From assembly GCF_018350175.1 (NCBI RefSeq), contig NC_058368.1:139812001-139876000 (forward strand): a stretch of DNA of 64,000 bases, in the 5' to 3' direction. The DNA comes from Felis catus (taxonomy: Eukaryota). Positions 52,041 through 64,000 of this stretch are shown piece by piece. Both the position numbers and the translations under genes were made by a program. Positions within the stretch are counted from its first letter, which is position 1, and the number at the start of each line of letters is the position of its first letter. The notes beneath the pieces are model-generated. The model saw nothing but the letters and a program-made list of their open reading frames with translations, searched no databases and had not been told where the DNA came from.

Positions 52041-53690
52041 AAAATAAATGGAAACAAACGAAAATGAAAATACAACAATCCAAACGCTTTGGGATGCAGC
52101 GAAGGCAGTCCTGAGAGGAAAATACATGACAATCCAGGCCTATCTCAAGAAACAAGAAAAATACCAAATACAAAATCTAACGGCACACCTAAAGGAAACA
52201 GAAGCAGAGCAGCAAAGACACCCCAAACCCAGCAGAAGAAGAGAAATAATAAAGATCAGAGCAGAAATAAACAATATAGAATCTAAAAAAAACCGTAGAT
52301 GGCACAAAAACAGACACATAGACCAATGGAATAGAATAGAAACCCCAGAACTAGACCCACAAACGTATGGCCAACTCATCTTTGACAAAGCAGGAAAGAA
52401 CATCCAATGGAAAAAAGACAGCCTCTTTAACAAATGGTGCTGGGAGAACTGGACAGCAACATGCAGAAGGTTGAAACTAGACCACTTTCTCACACCATTC
52501 ACAAAAATAAACTCCAAATGGATAAAGGACCTAAATGTGAGACAGGAAACCATCAAAACCTTAGAGGAGAAAGCAGGAAAAGACCTCTCTGACCTCAGCC
52601 GTAGCAATCTCTTACTCGACACATCCCCAAAGGCAAGGGAATTAAAAGCAAAAGTGAATTACTGGGACCTTATGAAGATAAAAAGCTTCTGCACAGCAAA
52701 GGCAACAACCAACAAAACTAAAAGGCAACCAACGGAATGGGAAAAGATATTCGCAAATGACATATCGGACAAAGGGCTAGTATCCAAAATCTATGAAGAG
52801 CTCACCAAACTCCACACCCGAAAAACAAATAACCCAGTGAAGAAATGGGCAGAAAACATGAATAGACACTTCTCTAAAGAAGACATCCGGATGGCCAACA
52901 GGCACATGAAAAGATGTTCAGCGTCGCTCCTTATCAGGGAAATACAAATCAAAACCACACTCAGGTATCACCTCACGCCAGTCAGAGTGGCCAAAATGAA
53001 CAAATCAGGAGACAATAGATGCTGGAGAGGATGTGGAGAAATGGGAACCCTCTTGCACTGTTGGTGGGAATGCAAATTGGTGCAGCCGCTCTGGAAAGCA
53101 GTGTGGAGGTTCCTCAAAAATTAAAAGTAGACCTACCCTATGACCCAGCAGAGTAGCACTGCTAGGAATTTACCCAAGGGATACAGGAGTACTGATGCAT
53201 AGGGGCACTTGTACCCCAATGTTTATAGCAGCACTCTCAACAATAGCCAAATTATGGAAAGAGCCTAAATGTCCATCAACTGATGAATGGATAAAGAAAT
53301 TGTGGTTTATATACACAATGGAGTACTACATGGCAATGAGAAAGAATGAAATATGGCCCGTTGTAGCAACGTGGATGGAACTGGAGAGTGTGATGCTAAG
53401 TGAAATAAGCCATACAGAGAAAGACAGATACCATATGGTTTCACTCTTATGTGGATCCTGAGAAACTTAACAGGAACCCATGGGGGAGGGGAAGGAAAAA
53501 AAAAAAGAAGAGGTTAGAGTGGGAGAGAGCCAAAGCATAGGAGACTCTTAAAAACTGAGAACAAACTGAGGGTTGATGGGGGGTGGGAGGGAGGGGAGGG
53601 TGGGTGATGGGTATTGAGGAGGGCACCTTTTGGGATGAGCACTGGGTGTTGTATGGAAACCAATTTGACAATAAATTTCATATATTAAAA
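52041..53690 (+). mobile_element. LINE-1, 5'-truncated and internally deleted, felid-type 3' UTR
   Basis: ORF2 fragments ([25 protein letters not shown] knuckle [18 protein letters not shown]), G-rich 3' UTR, AATAAA + A tail, TSD AAAAACTG(G/A)CGGCAG at 52026-52040 and 53691-53705. Confidence 0.95.
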
Positions 53691-53969
53691 AAAAACTGAC
53701 GGCAGCCTCCACTATGTCCACTAACATTTAAACATAATATATTCTGATTATGTCAGTTGGTAAATAACTTTCAAAATATGGCATACTCATTAAATAGCTC
53801 TTTTCTCTATGATTAATGTAGATTCAATCTATTGGGATTCATAAAAAAAATGAAAGCACTAGGAATTATTCTTCAAGGAGAAATCCTGTTCCACCATTGT
53901 AATAGCCTTTTCTTTAAGTATTCAGAACTTAATGCAGAGAGATCATTCCATGGCTCACATAAACATCAA

Positions 53970-53971
<2 letters not shown>

Positions 53972-54025
<54 letters not shown>
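53972..54025. repeat. (CA)n microsatellite
   Basis: Perfect AC run. Confidence 0.95.
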
Positions 54026-54026
<1 letters not shown>

Positions 54027-54733
54027 ACATCTATCCCCTATACTCTTGAGTCTCTATACTGTCTTCTTGTGGGATATACATATCCTCTCATCTTTTCCAC
54101 TTCTGATACAATAATTTATTACTCTCTCTCAGTTTATATTTACTCTGCTATACTGATTCAACTCTTACTTAATTAAAATAAAGACAATCATAGTTAAATT
54201 GTAAACTAAAGATAATTTTTAAAAAGCTACACAGACATGGCTTTCTTTGATTCTCACTCTAAGTCAAGTCCACAAAACAAATGATCACACAATTTTATAA
54301 TGTATCAATACAGTACTGCCTCTTTATGAAGAGACTATATGGATACATTCAGGCATGTGTGAAGCAGAAACAATATAAGAAGCATATGATATGTTAGACA
54401 TTATCAACTCCTTCTCCACACAATCACATCTGAGTTTAAATTTGTTAAAAGGGTTCTGTGACAAGGGCATTTGTAAGTCAGTTATGATCCTTACTTACTA
54501 TGAAGTAGGAGATGATAGATCAATAGGTCTATAAAATATGAGGTATTTTTTTCCAAAATACACCAAAATCAAATTCCTTTAAAATCTAGGCAACATTAAA
54601 TTGTAAATTCATTTTGATTTATTAGAAAACAAATCTTTCTTTGACTTTAACAGGAGCTCCAAAATGTGATCCTAAACCCTTTTGAGTTCAGAAGTCTAGT
54701 ATCTGTCAGTTATTGTTTTGTTTTTATACTTAC

Positions 54734-54838
54734 ATCCTGTCTGGATTTAACATGGCCAATTCGCCAGTGGAAGAATGTTCTCATCAGCTCTATCCTTTCC
54801 TTTTGCTTGCCTATGGCATGAGACAAGCTAGAAATCAC
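54734..54838 (-). CDS. POC5: POC5 exon ([35 protein letters not shown])
   Basis: ttacag| acceptor, |gtaagt donor, 105 bp, Sfi1-like FFHWR motif. Confidence 0.92.
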
Positions 54839-56014
54839 CTGTAAATAGCAATTAACACAATTATTGTAATGTTACAATAACAATAATTGGTAAAGTGACT
54901 TTCACATTTTTCAAAAAGTGCTCAAAAGAATACCTGTGGAGCACTACTACATTCATCTAATTAACCTCATTATTATCTTTAAAAACACCCAAAAGCTTGT
55001 CCACCTGAATGCACTACATATCAATGAACGAAGGAGAGCAAAAGAGGAAAGAAAGAAAAGTCTTTATTATTTGTATCTGGATAATCACAAAAAAAGTTTA
55101 TGTATATAAAATTAATAGTCATTGACATTTAATTCAAGAAAGATGACTGCACATTTGAAAATATTGCCACATACACAGAAAGGCTTTGTGCACTACACTT
55201 GAGGGTAGGGACCAGGTTTTAAACATCTTTCTGGTCCCTTAAGTACCTTTAATACCTTGGGTTAGAAGTTGCTCACTAACTGTTTAAGGATTTTCTGGAT
55301 TCAACAAATTCATAAAAGCAAACAAGAGTTATACCATAATGTACTTCTTCAGTGATGCTATTCTCGTTCTTTTTTAAATAAATCTACGAACGCTTTTAAA
55401 ACCTAAGACGATATTCTTTCCTATAAAGAAATGAGTGATTGAAATATATATTTTAAATTGGCCACATTAAAGTGAGATTTAGTAAATTAGGCATATTTAT
55501 TGAGACACATTTATTCTGGTTCTTCTTTAAATAATTTTCAAAAGTGGAAAAGGGCACACATTTCTGTTAAAAGGCACAGACTGTTCATCTTATTCATTTT
55601 CAAAAACTGGACACATATGTATACTCTTTTATGTGTGATACTTTGAAATTAAAAAAAAATAAGTTTCAAATATTTTAAAACCTCAGGACAGAGTTTTGAG
55701 GGCAAGAGAGAAAATGAGTGACATTAGTATCTAGGGTTTCAAAAAAGTAAACTATATAAAATGTTTGATTTTATATCATACCCCAAACAACAAAAGAAAT
55801 GTATATTTAAAAAAATATATAGTCTTTATCTAGTTCATTAAAACAGTGCTGCATCTGCAGACCAGGAGCTGAGCTGTCGCCTCTGAAAACTAACATCCTC
55901 CCGGGGGGGAGCCATAGATTTACTGCACAGTCTGCTGTGTGGAATTAGCACAGACATGAACCTTACTCTCTCGTTCTTAAGAGGCTAATGTAAAGTGAAA
56001 TAAAAAGTATTCTC

Positions 56015-56183
56015 AGGGCACTTGGGTGGCTCAGTCAGTTAAGTGTCTGACTCTTAAGTTTCTGCTCAGGTCATGATCTCACAGTTCATGAGTTCAAGCC
56101 CAGAGCAGGGCTCCGCACTGACAGCAAGGAGACTGCTTGGGATTCTCTCTCTGCCCTCCCCGCCCCTCTCAAAATAAATAAAT
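56015..56183 (+). mobile_element. Can-SINE whose A tail is split by the CYCS retrocopy
   Basis: TSD AAAAAGT(A/G)TTCTC at 56002-56014 and 57682-57694. Confidence 0.88.
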
Positions 56184-56191
56184 AAGCTTTA

Positions 56192-57672
56192 GAGAGGGTT
56201 GGACATCCGGCTTGTGAGTGGGTACCTTCATTTCACGTGCAACCTAAGAGCGATTTTAAAATGGGTGATATTGAGAAGAGCAAGAAGATTTTGTTCAGAA
56301 GTGCACCCAGTGCCATACCATGGAAAAGGGAGGCAAGCACAAGACTGGGCCGAATCGCCATGGTTTATTTGGGGGAAAGGTCAAGCCCCTGGATCTTCTT
56401 ATAGGGATGCCAACAAGAACAAAGGCATCACCTGGGGAGAGGAGACACTGATGGACTATTTGGAGAATCCCAGGAAGTACATCCCTGGAACAAAAATGAC
56501 CTTCGCTGGCATTAAGAAGGCAGGGGAAAGAGCAGACTTGATAGCTTATCTGTAAAAAGCTACTAAGGAACAATAGTTGGCCGTTGCCTTATTTATTACA
56601 AAACAAAAATGTCTCATGACTTTTTTTATGTGTCCCGTATTTAAATAAATCTTATACACCAGAATTCAGATCATGAATGGCTGATAGAATATTTCTTTTG
56701 GACAGTCCTGATTTAAATAAGATTAGCTTGTGAGGCGCCCGGGTGGCTCAGTCAGCTGAGCGTCCGACTTCGGCTCAGGTCATGATCTCACAGCTTGTGA
56801 GTTCGAGCCCCGCGTCAGGCTCTGCGCTGACAACTCGGAGCCTGGAGCCCGCTTTGGATTCTGTGTCTCCCTCTCCCTCTGCCCCTAACTACTCCGCATT
56901 ATGTCTCTGTCTCTCTCAAAAATAAACAGTAAAAAAAAAAATTAAATAAGATTAGCTTGTGGTTAAATGAGTATGATTCGCTTTTTGAACTTTGATAGTA
57001 ATTCTGGTTCAGCAAGTGCTGTCATTGTTTTCCCCTTTCAAAAATATGATTGGAATTGATTACATGTTCAGCTTTTCACAGAGATGGTAAATGCCATCTC
57101 TAAACTTAAACTTATTTAGATTTATATGGCTGATTATATCAATATATTTAAATACTGAGGAAATCCCTTCACTGTATCAGAACAGCAAGACTCAGCTGTG
57201 ATTCAAGTTGTGTTTATTAGCCTGTTAAGCGCAAGGGCTGAAGATAAGCTGGCAATGTCCACTTTATCTTTTTAGTCTTAACTATGCCGATTTAATTAAA
57301 ATTCCCTCCATTTAAAATGTTGCCTTTTGCTTAATGAAAGGCATTTTAGTGTGGTTTATGTATAGTATTAAAAATTATTAACAGTTCTCACATTTTATAG
57401 ATGAGCTGTAAGGTCAGATGCTTTTAAAAATGAGTGTGATAAGGTATAATAGCAGATTTGGCTTGTGAATTCTTTACTAAGTTATAATTCAGGAATGTGT
57501 TCTAAACAGCTATTCAAAAATACAACTGTGGAATTACCATATATGTATGATTGGTGCTTTTGCCAACTTGTTAGAAGTGTTAAAGTAGAGGAGAAATATC
57601 ATCAGCACCAATTTGTAAATTATGTGATAAGGCTTAAGATAATTAAAAACAAAATCACAGATCAAAAAAAAA
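56192..57672 (+). pseudogene. CYCS: Cytochrome c (somatic) processed pseudogene with 5' UTR and long 3' UTR
   Basis: ATG at 56261 (MGDIEKSKK), [29 protein letters not shown], frameshifts and TAA at 56553. A tail at ~57664-57674, TSD AAGCTTTA at 56184-56191 and 57673-57680. Confidence 0.93.
56733..56941 (+). mobile_element. Can-SINE inside the CYCS pseudogene 3' UTR
   Basis: Perfect TSD TTAAATAAGATTAGCTTGTG at 56713-56732 and 56942-56961. Confidence 0.93.
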
Positions 57673-58114
57673 AAGCTTTAAAAAAAGTGTTCTCTATGTC
57701 TATCAATAAAACGAAAAAGACATCATCAATGAAGAAAGATATAGCATCGATAAAATGTGAGATACTTAAAATGACCCCTAAAAAGATGGTTTAAAATATG
57801 GGTAATGCTGGTTCCCCAATGTTCTCTTAAGATCAGCTAGGAAAAAAAGACCGGGGAAAAGAAATTAGTGTTCCCACATTCAGCACACACTTCTAAAACT
57901 TCGAGCACACTGAAGCTGATGACAAAGATTAAATGACAAGACGCTGGCATGTTTAAGAGGAAGAATATATCTTATTCCTATGTATCTATTTTTTCAGTTT
58001 CTGAAGCAATCTTCCCTTTGTATCTTGTATGACCTAAATAATCAGTTCCTGGCATTTATTGCCTAGCAAGATTTTTACCGCATCTCGCTTAAAAAGAAAT
58101 ACAAAAGTGAAGAC

Positions 58115-58291
58115 CTCATCTTTTCTCCCAATAGAGATTTCATAGGCTTTTTGCAGCTCCTTCAAACTGTTGATCTGGTTGCACAGTTGTTTTAAATGTG
58201 CTTCGTGTTTTTCTTTCTCTTTTTTCATTTCCATTCGGTGCCAGTCAATAAAATTAAGTCTCCATTTACTTAGTTCAGATATGATGTTTGT
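58115..58291 (-). CDS. POC5: POC5 exon ([29 protein letters not shown]...EISIGRKDE), centrin-binding/coiled-coil region
   Basis: tttttcag| acceptor, 177 bp, phase 0/0, weak |gtcttc donor. Confidence 0.92.
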
Positions 58292-59089
58292 CTGAAAAAT
58301 AAATATGCCAGCAATTAAGCAGTGTGTTTAGTACTGCTTCTTAAAATTACACTGAAATTAAGAAACATTAAAATTAATCGGTACAAGCAATCAACATAAG
58401 AGGTATTTATAAAAACCACTAATGAAAACGTTTGCAAGTTCAACAGTTGTGGCTCTTCTCAGGTCACATTCACCATACTAAGGAAATGGATTTTTTTTTC
58501 CTACTTTAAGTTACTTTGTATGAAACCTTGTTGTCCTTTGAAAAAATTTCTGGTCCTTCCGTGGTTTATTCAAAGCTTTAATGTCCATATTAAGATAGAT
58601 CAAGGAGGGTAAAAGTCAGAGTATGGCCTTGGCTCAGCCATGGGACTGGGAAGTTATTTAGATAGAGGTGGATAATGGAAACCAGGGGGGTTGATGCTTT
58701 CTTTCCCCAAATCATTTATCACAGAGGCCATCTTACCACAAATTGCTAAGTCTGATCCCTTTTCCCCCTACTGAATGGCATAAGTAAAAATACCAAATAA
58801 TCATGTTATCAAAACAACTGCCTAACAATATGCTTAACTGAACAGAGAACAAATTACGGGATTAGCGGTAGCACTTACATCATGACACAGATATGAAACC
58901 TGTTCCAAGGGGGAAAATGGTAAAAACTATACTAAAAGATTATTTCGAGAATTTATGGTTCCCAGTAATAGAGAAATAAAAATGCCATAAAACCCTCAGG
59001 ACTGTAATTTCACCATATATGTGAATATTCAGTTTTCGCAAACTATGTTTCAGAAAACCTGTCATTTTCTCCATTATATATATGTATAT

Positions 59090-59194
59090 ATATTTTTTAA
59101 AGTTTATTTCTTTTGAGAGAGAGAGCGAGCATGAGCAGGGGAGGGGCAGAGAGAGAGGGGGAGGGAGGGAGGGGGGGGAGAGAGAGATAGAGAT

Positions 59195-59243
<49 letters not shown>

Positions 59244-59365
59244 CAAGGCAGGCTCCACACTACCAGCGCAGAGCCCAATGCGGGGCTTGAACTCACAAAA
59301 CACAAGATCATGACCTGAGCCAAAACCAAGAGTCAGAGGCTTAACACTGAGCCACCCTGGCACCC
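59090..59365 (-). mobile_element. Can-SINE with (GA)n
   Basis: TSD core TCCATTATAT. Confidence 0.88.
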
Positions 59366-59558
59366 TTCCATTATATTTTAAATAGAAAAAAAATTGCCAT
59401 TTCTGTAATACCTTATTTTATTTAGAGGCCAATACCACCACTAAAATAGTCAGCTTTTATAGACTTACAGTTACACAAGGTGGTTGCTGTAAGCAGCTAC
59501 AAAATGAATATACGTTGCTAAAACCGGATGCTGTGTTACATATAAAAGGAGACATCTT

Positions 59559-59772
59559 GGGGCGCCTGGGTGGCGCAGTCGGTTAAGCGTCCGACTTCAG
59601 CCAGGTCACGATCTCGCGGTCCGTGAGTTCGAGCCCCGCGTTGGGCTCTGGGCTGATGGCTCAGAGCCTGGAGCCTGTTGCCGATTCTGTGTCTCCCTCT
59701 CTCTCTGCCCCTCCCCTGTTCATGCTCTGTCTCTCTCTGTCCCAAAAATAAATAAACGTTGGAAAAAAAAAA
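59559..59772 (+). mobile_element. Young felid-type Can-SINE
   Basis: Near-consensus CpG-rich head, TSD AAAGGAGACATCTT. Confidence 0.94.
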
Positions 59773-59914
59773 AAAGGAGACATCTTCATTCGTCACAGCT
59801 ATGAGATGGTAAGGATTCAATAGGTATCTTTGTCACACGTAGACTGAGTCTTTAAAAACACCCGAGAAGTTCAGTGGAACCTACAGAGCTGTTCAGCAAC
59901 TACTGAAAACCTTG

Positions 59915-60065
59915 CTAATTCAAAACATGGTTTCTGATCTAGTGGCATCACCTGGGAGCTTGTTAGAAGTGCATAATCTTGTGCCCTGGTCAAGACCAAC
60001 TGACAAGCTGGTTTAACAGGATTCCCAGATGATGCGTACAGATATTAAAGACTGAGAAGTACAGA
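59915..60065. mobile_element. MER5A-like hAT remnant
   Basis: gcatcacctgggagcttgttagaagtgca..ttaacaggattcccagatgat. Confidence 0.65.
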
Positions 60066-60212
60066 CTTAAAACACTGGACTAATCTTCTAAGGAAACTAA
60101 AGATTTTTTTCACAAAATCTTTTGATTCAAAGAAAAGAACAGGAAATAGTGGAATCAAGAGCAAAACCGTTATACTACATATGAAACAACTGTAACTGAA
60201 CAACTGTAATAC

Positions 60213-60418
60213 CTTAAGTCCTGAACTCCAAAGATCAAGTACATTTTCCATCTTCTGAAGGTTTTCATCAGAAATAAGAAAATCGCTCGCAACGATTTCA
60301 TGGGCATCTGCATGACTAGAAACAGATGCTGGTGAGGAAGAGTCACCTAAGAGGTTGGAACTGAAAAAGTCCATGACTGGGTGAGAAGGCTTCCTCGGTG
60401 ACAACACTGGTGATGACC
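60213..60418 (-). CDS. POC5: POC5 exon ([20 protein letters not shown]...[18 protein letters not shown])
   Basis: ttccag| acceptor, |gtatta donor, 206 bp, phase 1/0, matches recalled POC5 sequence. Confidence 0.92.
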
Positions 60419-60559
60419 CTGGAATAGAGGAAAGTTGTTGTGGTCAGGCCAGATTGAGAATAACCCAAATGGTAAGAAATTCCAGTGGAAGGTGAGACGT
60501 CAGTGACCTTCAGAAGTAGAGGAAAATGCAGAGAAATAACCTTTCAATTTACTTACTCT

Positions 60560-60810
60560 TTCTTTTTTTTTTAGTGTTTATTTATTTATTTTGAGAGAAA
60601 GAGAGCACATGACTCTTGTCAACTTTACAAGTTGAGCACCTGACTTTTGATTTTGGCTCAGGTCATGATCCTGAGGTGTGGGATCAAGTCCCATGTTAGG
60701 CTCTGCACTGAGCATGGAGCCTTTTGGGATTCTCTCTCTCTCTCCCTTTGCCCCTCTCCAACCCATCCCCTTCTCTTTCTCTCTCAGAAAAAGAGAGAGA
60801 GAGAGAGAGA
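60560..60810. mobile_element. Fused inverted Can-SINE fragments
   Basis: Minus-strand tail at ~60560-60612 abuts a plus-strand body starting ~60630. Confidence 0.7.
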
Positions 60811-61569
60811 AAGGGTTAAGTAATGGACCAAGGTCCCAGTGGTTGTCTATAGGTCATTATTACTTTATGTAACACACTGGTGAGGGTTTTAACACCAGTA
60901 AAATTCAACACTCAAGTACATTCAAGTACAAAGAGTAGTTTAGTTTTAACAAATACTCAGTTGTAAGGCACACTGTTAGCCTTCAACATACAGGTGAAAA
61001 CATACACGTCTATATATGTATACACATATATGTATATAATTTCCATCCTCTGCCCATATACATGGTAGAGGGTAGCGGGCTGGGGTGGAGTATAGATGTA
61101 GGGGTGAAAGCCAGTGCCAGAACAGGCATCTACCTTTCAAAAGCACAAAACAGAAAAGATTACTATTTTATCACACATGTATGCTGGAATTAGAGACGGT
61201 TTATCATTTCTCACATATCTCACTTTTGTTACAAGGGTCCTAATAACCAAGATTGAAAGGCCTTCTTCTTTTCCTTGGTCAATGAGTCAAAAAGATAAAT
61301 CTACTGTAGAACTTGTTACTTGAAAGTAAATCAAGAACTCTTTGCAAAAGGGAAAATCACGCTCTAATATATATGTTTTACATAAAAAATTTACTCAGTA
61401 AATGGTTCAGGCTAGTCAACTATGAAACACTGCCTCTATACTCTGAAGAATAAACCCAGAGAATAAAGCAGAGTGACAAAGTACGTGAATGTTCTCTTTC
61501 ACTAGATTTCACCAACAATATCTGCACCCACGGGAAAAGCAATAGGCTCTGATTTTTTATTTTTACTTA

Positions 61570-61788
61570 TTTAAAAAAAATTGTTTTAATATTTATTTAT
61601 TTTTGAGACAGACAGAATGTGAGCAGGGGAGAGGCAGAGAGAGAGAGAGGGAGACACAGAATCCAAAGCAGGCTCAAGGCTCTGAGCTGTCAGCACAGAG
61701 CGCGACATGGGGCTCGAACTCATGAACCGTGAGATCATGACCTGAGCCAAAGTTGGACACTTAACCGACTAAGCCACCCAGGCACTCC
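61570..61788 (-). mobile_element. Can-SINE
   Basis: Reverse SINE body. Confidence 0.88.
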
Positions 61789-62644
61789 TCTGACTTTTAA
61801 TTTTTAAACATATATCCACCTTTTGAAAAAGAGAATCACATAACTGAAGAACTTGAAAGGTCCCCAAGTATTATACCGCCCAAGCCTTTTATGTACAAGT
61901 GAGCAAACCAAAGGTTAGAGGCATTTCTTGTAGGGTGGCTTACATGGCCCGTACATTAAATAACATTATATCACAGAGCAAGAAGACTGTTGTATTTTAA
62001 TTATTTAATCACTTCAATCTGGTGCTAGTGTGCTTTTATAACCTCTGTAACACTTGCTCATCTCTCCTTTCAACCAAGGAAAAGCAGATTTCAGGCTGAA
62101 CACATCACCAGCAGTATTTAATCAAAACTTACTAATTGTTAGTTGCATTTATTTTTACCACTGCTTTCTATTTATAAAGGGTATATTAGTTTTATTCTGT
62201 AATCAGTAATGACACAAATTTTTCTTCTAATGAATTTAAGCTAAAGAAAAAAATGACAGAACAAGGGGTATAAAGATAGGACAAAAATCACTAAGTTGGT
62301 ACACAAATGCCTGAATGTTGGGAAAGAATGCACTGGTTCATGAAAACATTGAAATTGGCCAAATTAGCGGACTCCCATGACATCTTTTAAAGTACTGCCC
62401 TCTAATCTAGCAGTTTTAAGAAAGGATGCCACACACTGTAATACATTAACCTGTCTTAATTGTACTATTTTAGAATTTTGGGAAATTATTTTAAATAGTA
62501 TTAGTTAATAAATCAGCAACAGCAGCATTTTAAAATCATGCCAATGAGTAATATGCTGAAATAATTCCTCTTACTACACAAATAAAATTCATCAAACCAC
62601 AAAATGTTGTATGTTAATAAAAACAAACTGAGGAAAAGTCATAC

Positions 62645-62728
62645 CATCTGTCTTTGAATGACTTGAAATATTCAAATCACATCCTTTTCCAACTTCCATC
62701 CTTGTTTCTTTTACTACAGGGCTATTTC
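62645..62728 (-). CDS. POC5: POC5 coding exon (GNSPVVKETRMEVGKGCDLNISSHSKTD)
   Basis: ttttcagcag| acceptor (NAGNAG, alternative start 62731), |gtatga donor, phase 1/1. Earlier exons lie beyond the window end. Confidence 0.85.
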
Positions 62729-64000
62729 CTGCTGAAAATAAAATAAAATAATTTTTTTATTAAACCAAACCACTCATATCAAATGCCTAATCACACATAC
62801 TTAATTTAAGAGGGTAGCAGTACATAGGATTTTAGAACAGCAAAATACAACATGCCGGGGATAGAGGAACAGTAAGCCAAAGAACAAAGAGAAGGACAAA
62901 ACTGAGAGAACAAAGTCTTAACTATATCATTAATAAGCTCAATTTTACCCACCAAATATAAATATAGATGGAAGAGAATTCAGCCTACTGTAGCATTCAG
63001 TTCACACTAAGAGACTGAGTGGATGAATGACATTAGAATTTAGAAGCTATGCAATCTTACATTGGGTATTTCCAGGGGCCTGCTGCCATCAAGCTAAAGT
63101 GACACTGGTTCCCTCACTTGTAGTTCAGGAACCACTGGTCAATACACGGTGGAAATAAAATGGGGGAAAACCTCACAAGAATGGCTGTGTGGAAGGCTTA
63201 TATATACTTTGGCAACTTCAACATACCTCACTTACATCAAGCAACAGCAATACCAAGAGGAAAGAATGGGATGATGAATTTACATATTCTTATCAATCTT
63301 CGTGTGAATCAAGATATCTAAATTCACTGCATGTTGTATACTTAGATCTCAAATCCTTTTTCGAAAAGGCAGAGTATAAACAAATAAATACTATCTTCCA
63401 TGCTAGAGAAGAACAGGGGTCTTAAATCCCAAGTGATGACCTTGAAAGGTTGGAGAGCCACGGCAAGGAGAGGACTCCAATGTTGTGTCACTGGGAACAA
63501 CAGTACAGCAAGGAAGCAAGTGTCTGGTGACCCCCTTAAGGGAGGGACATACAGGGTGAACACACGGATTGACTAGTTACATATTTTGTAAGAGAGTATG
63601 CAGCCCTTTGGGTGTGTTCAACAGGAACTACAGGCTCAGGTACCCAGGGTAATAAAGACATGGTCAAGATCACTGATGTACAATGAATGAACCCTGGGGC
63701 CCTGCCTCTTGAATATCAATTAAAATTTGGGCAGAAAATGTTTCGGGGTAAAATATTGTGGTGGTAAAGTAAATATACGCATTTTATGGTTCTGGCACTA
63801 TTTGATGATCGAGTGCAGTATGCTGAAGTCTAGCAATGGATAGTCCATGTCTACCAAGAGACAGGAACAAAATACTAGGGCTGTAACTTATCGGAACCCC
63901 AGGAGCCTGTTGATTCTGAGTAGGCTGTTTCATGTGCTTTCAAGGAGACATCCCTGGAGTTACGCCTACTGTTGATAACTACCCATCACCAGGCCTATCT

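Noticed and set aside
52140..52622. 160-aa minus-strand ORF
   Set aside because: Antisense shadow of L1 ORF2.
56199..56555. 118-aa ORF ending in cytochrome c sequence as a functional retrogene
   Set aside because: The heme-binding region is out of frame and the first Cys codon is disrupted by an indel, the start is a TTG, and it stops prematurely.
59559..59640. tRNA-like A/B boxes
   Set aside because: SINE head derived from tRNA, followed by (CT)n and an A tail, so not a tRNA gene.

Overview
Mammalian genomic DNA, almost certainly from a felid: it is dense in carnivore tRNA-derived Can-SINEs, including the cat-type head GGGGCGCCTGGGTGGCGCAGTCGGTTAAGCGTCCGACTTCAGCCAGGTCACG, and carries cat-type L1 3' ends. 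Two spliced genes lie tail-to-tail. On the + strand are the last nine coding exons of ANKDD1B (ankyrin repeats plus death domain, 366..30130), ending in a CaaX box (KKCAVS*). On the - strand are the last nine coding exons of the centriolar gene POC5 (62728..33288). I located all splice junctions by hand, and all exon phases join in frame. POC5 introns hold an EIF3F processed pseudogene, an internally deleted L1 lacking reverse transcriptase but keeping a 358-aa ORF, and a cytochrome c (CYCS) processed pseudogene in a three-layer SINE>CYCS>SINE nest. The rest is SINEs, old LTR/DNA-transposon/MIR remnants and microsatellites. I see no convincing new biological system. The best leads are the predicted ANKDD1B prenylation, the nested retroposons, the RT-less L1 and several candidate cryptic POC5 exons or poly(A) sites. 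Gene and repeat-family names come from recall rather than database searches, and repeat boundaries are approximate.
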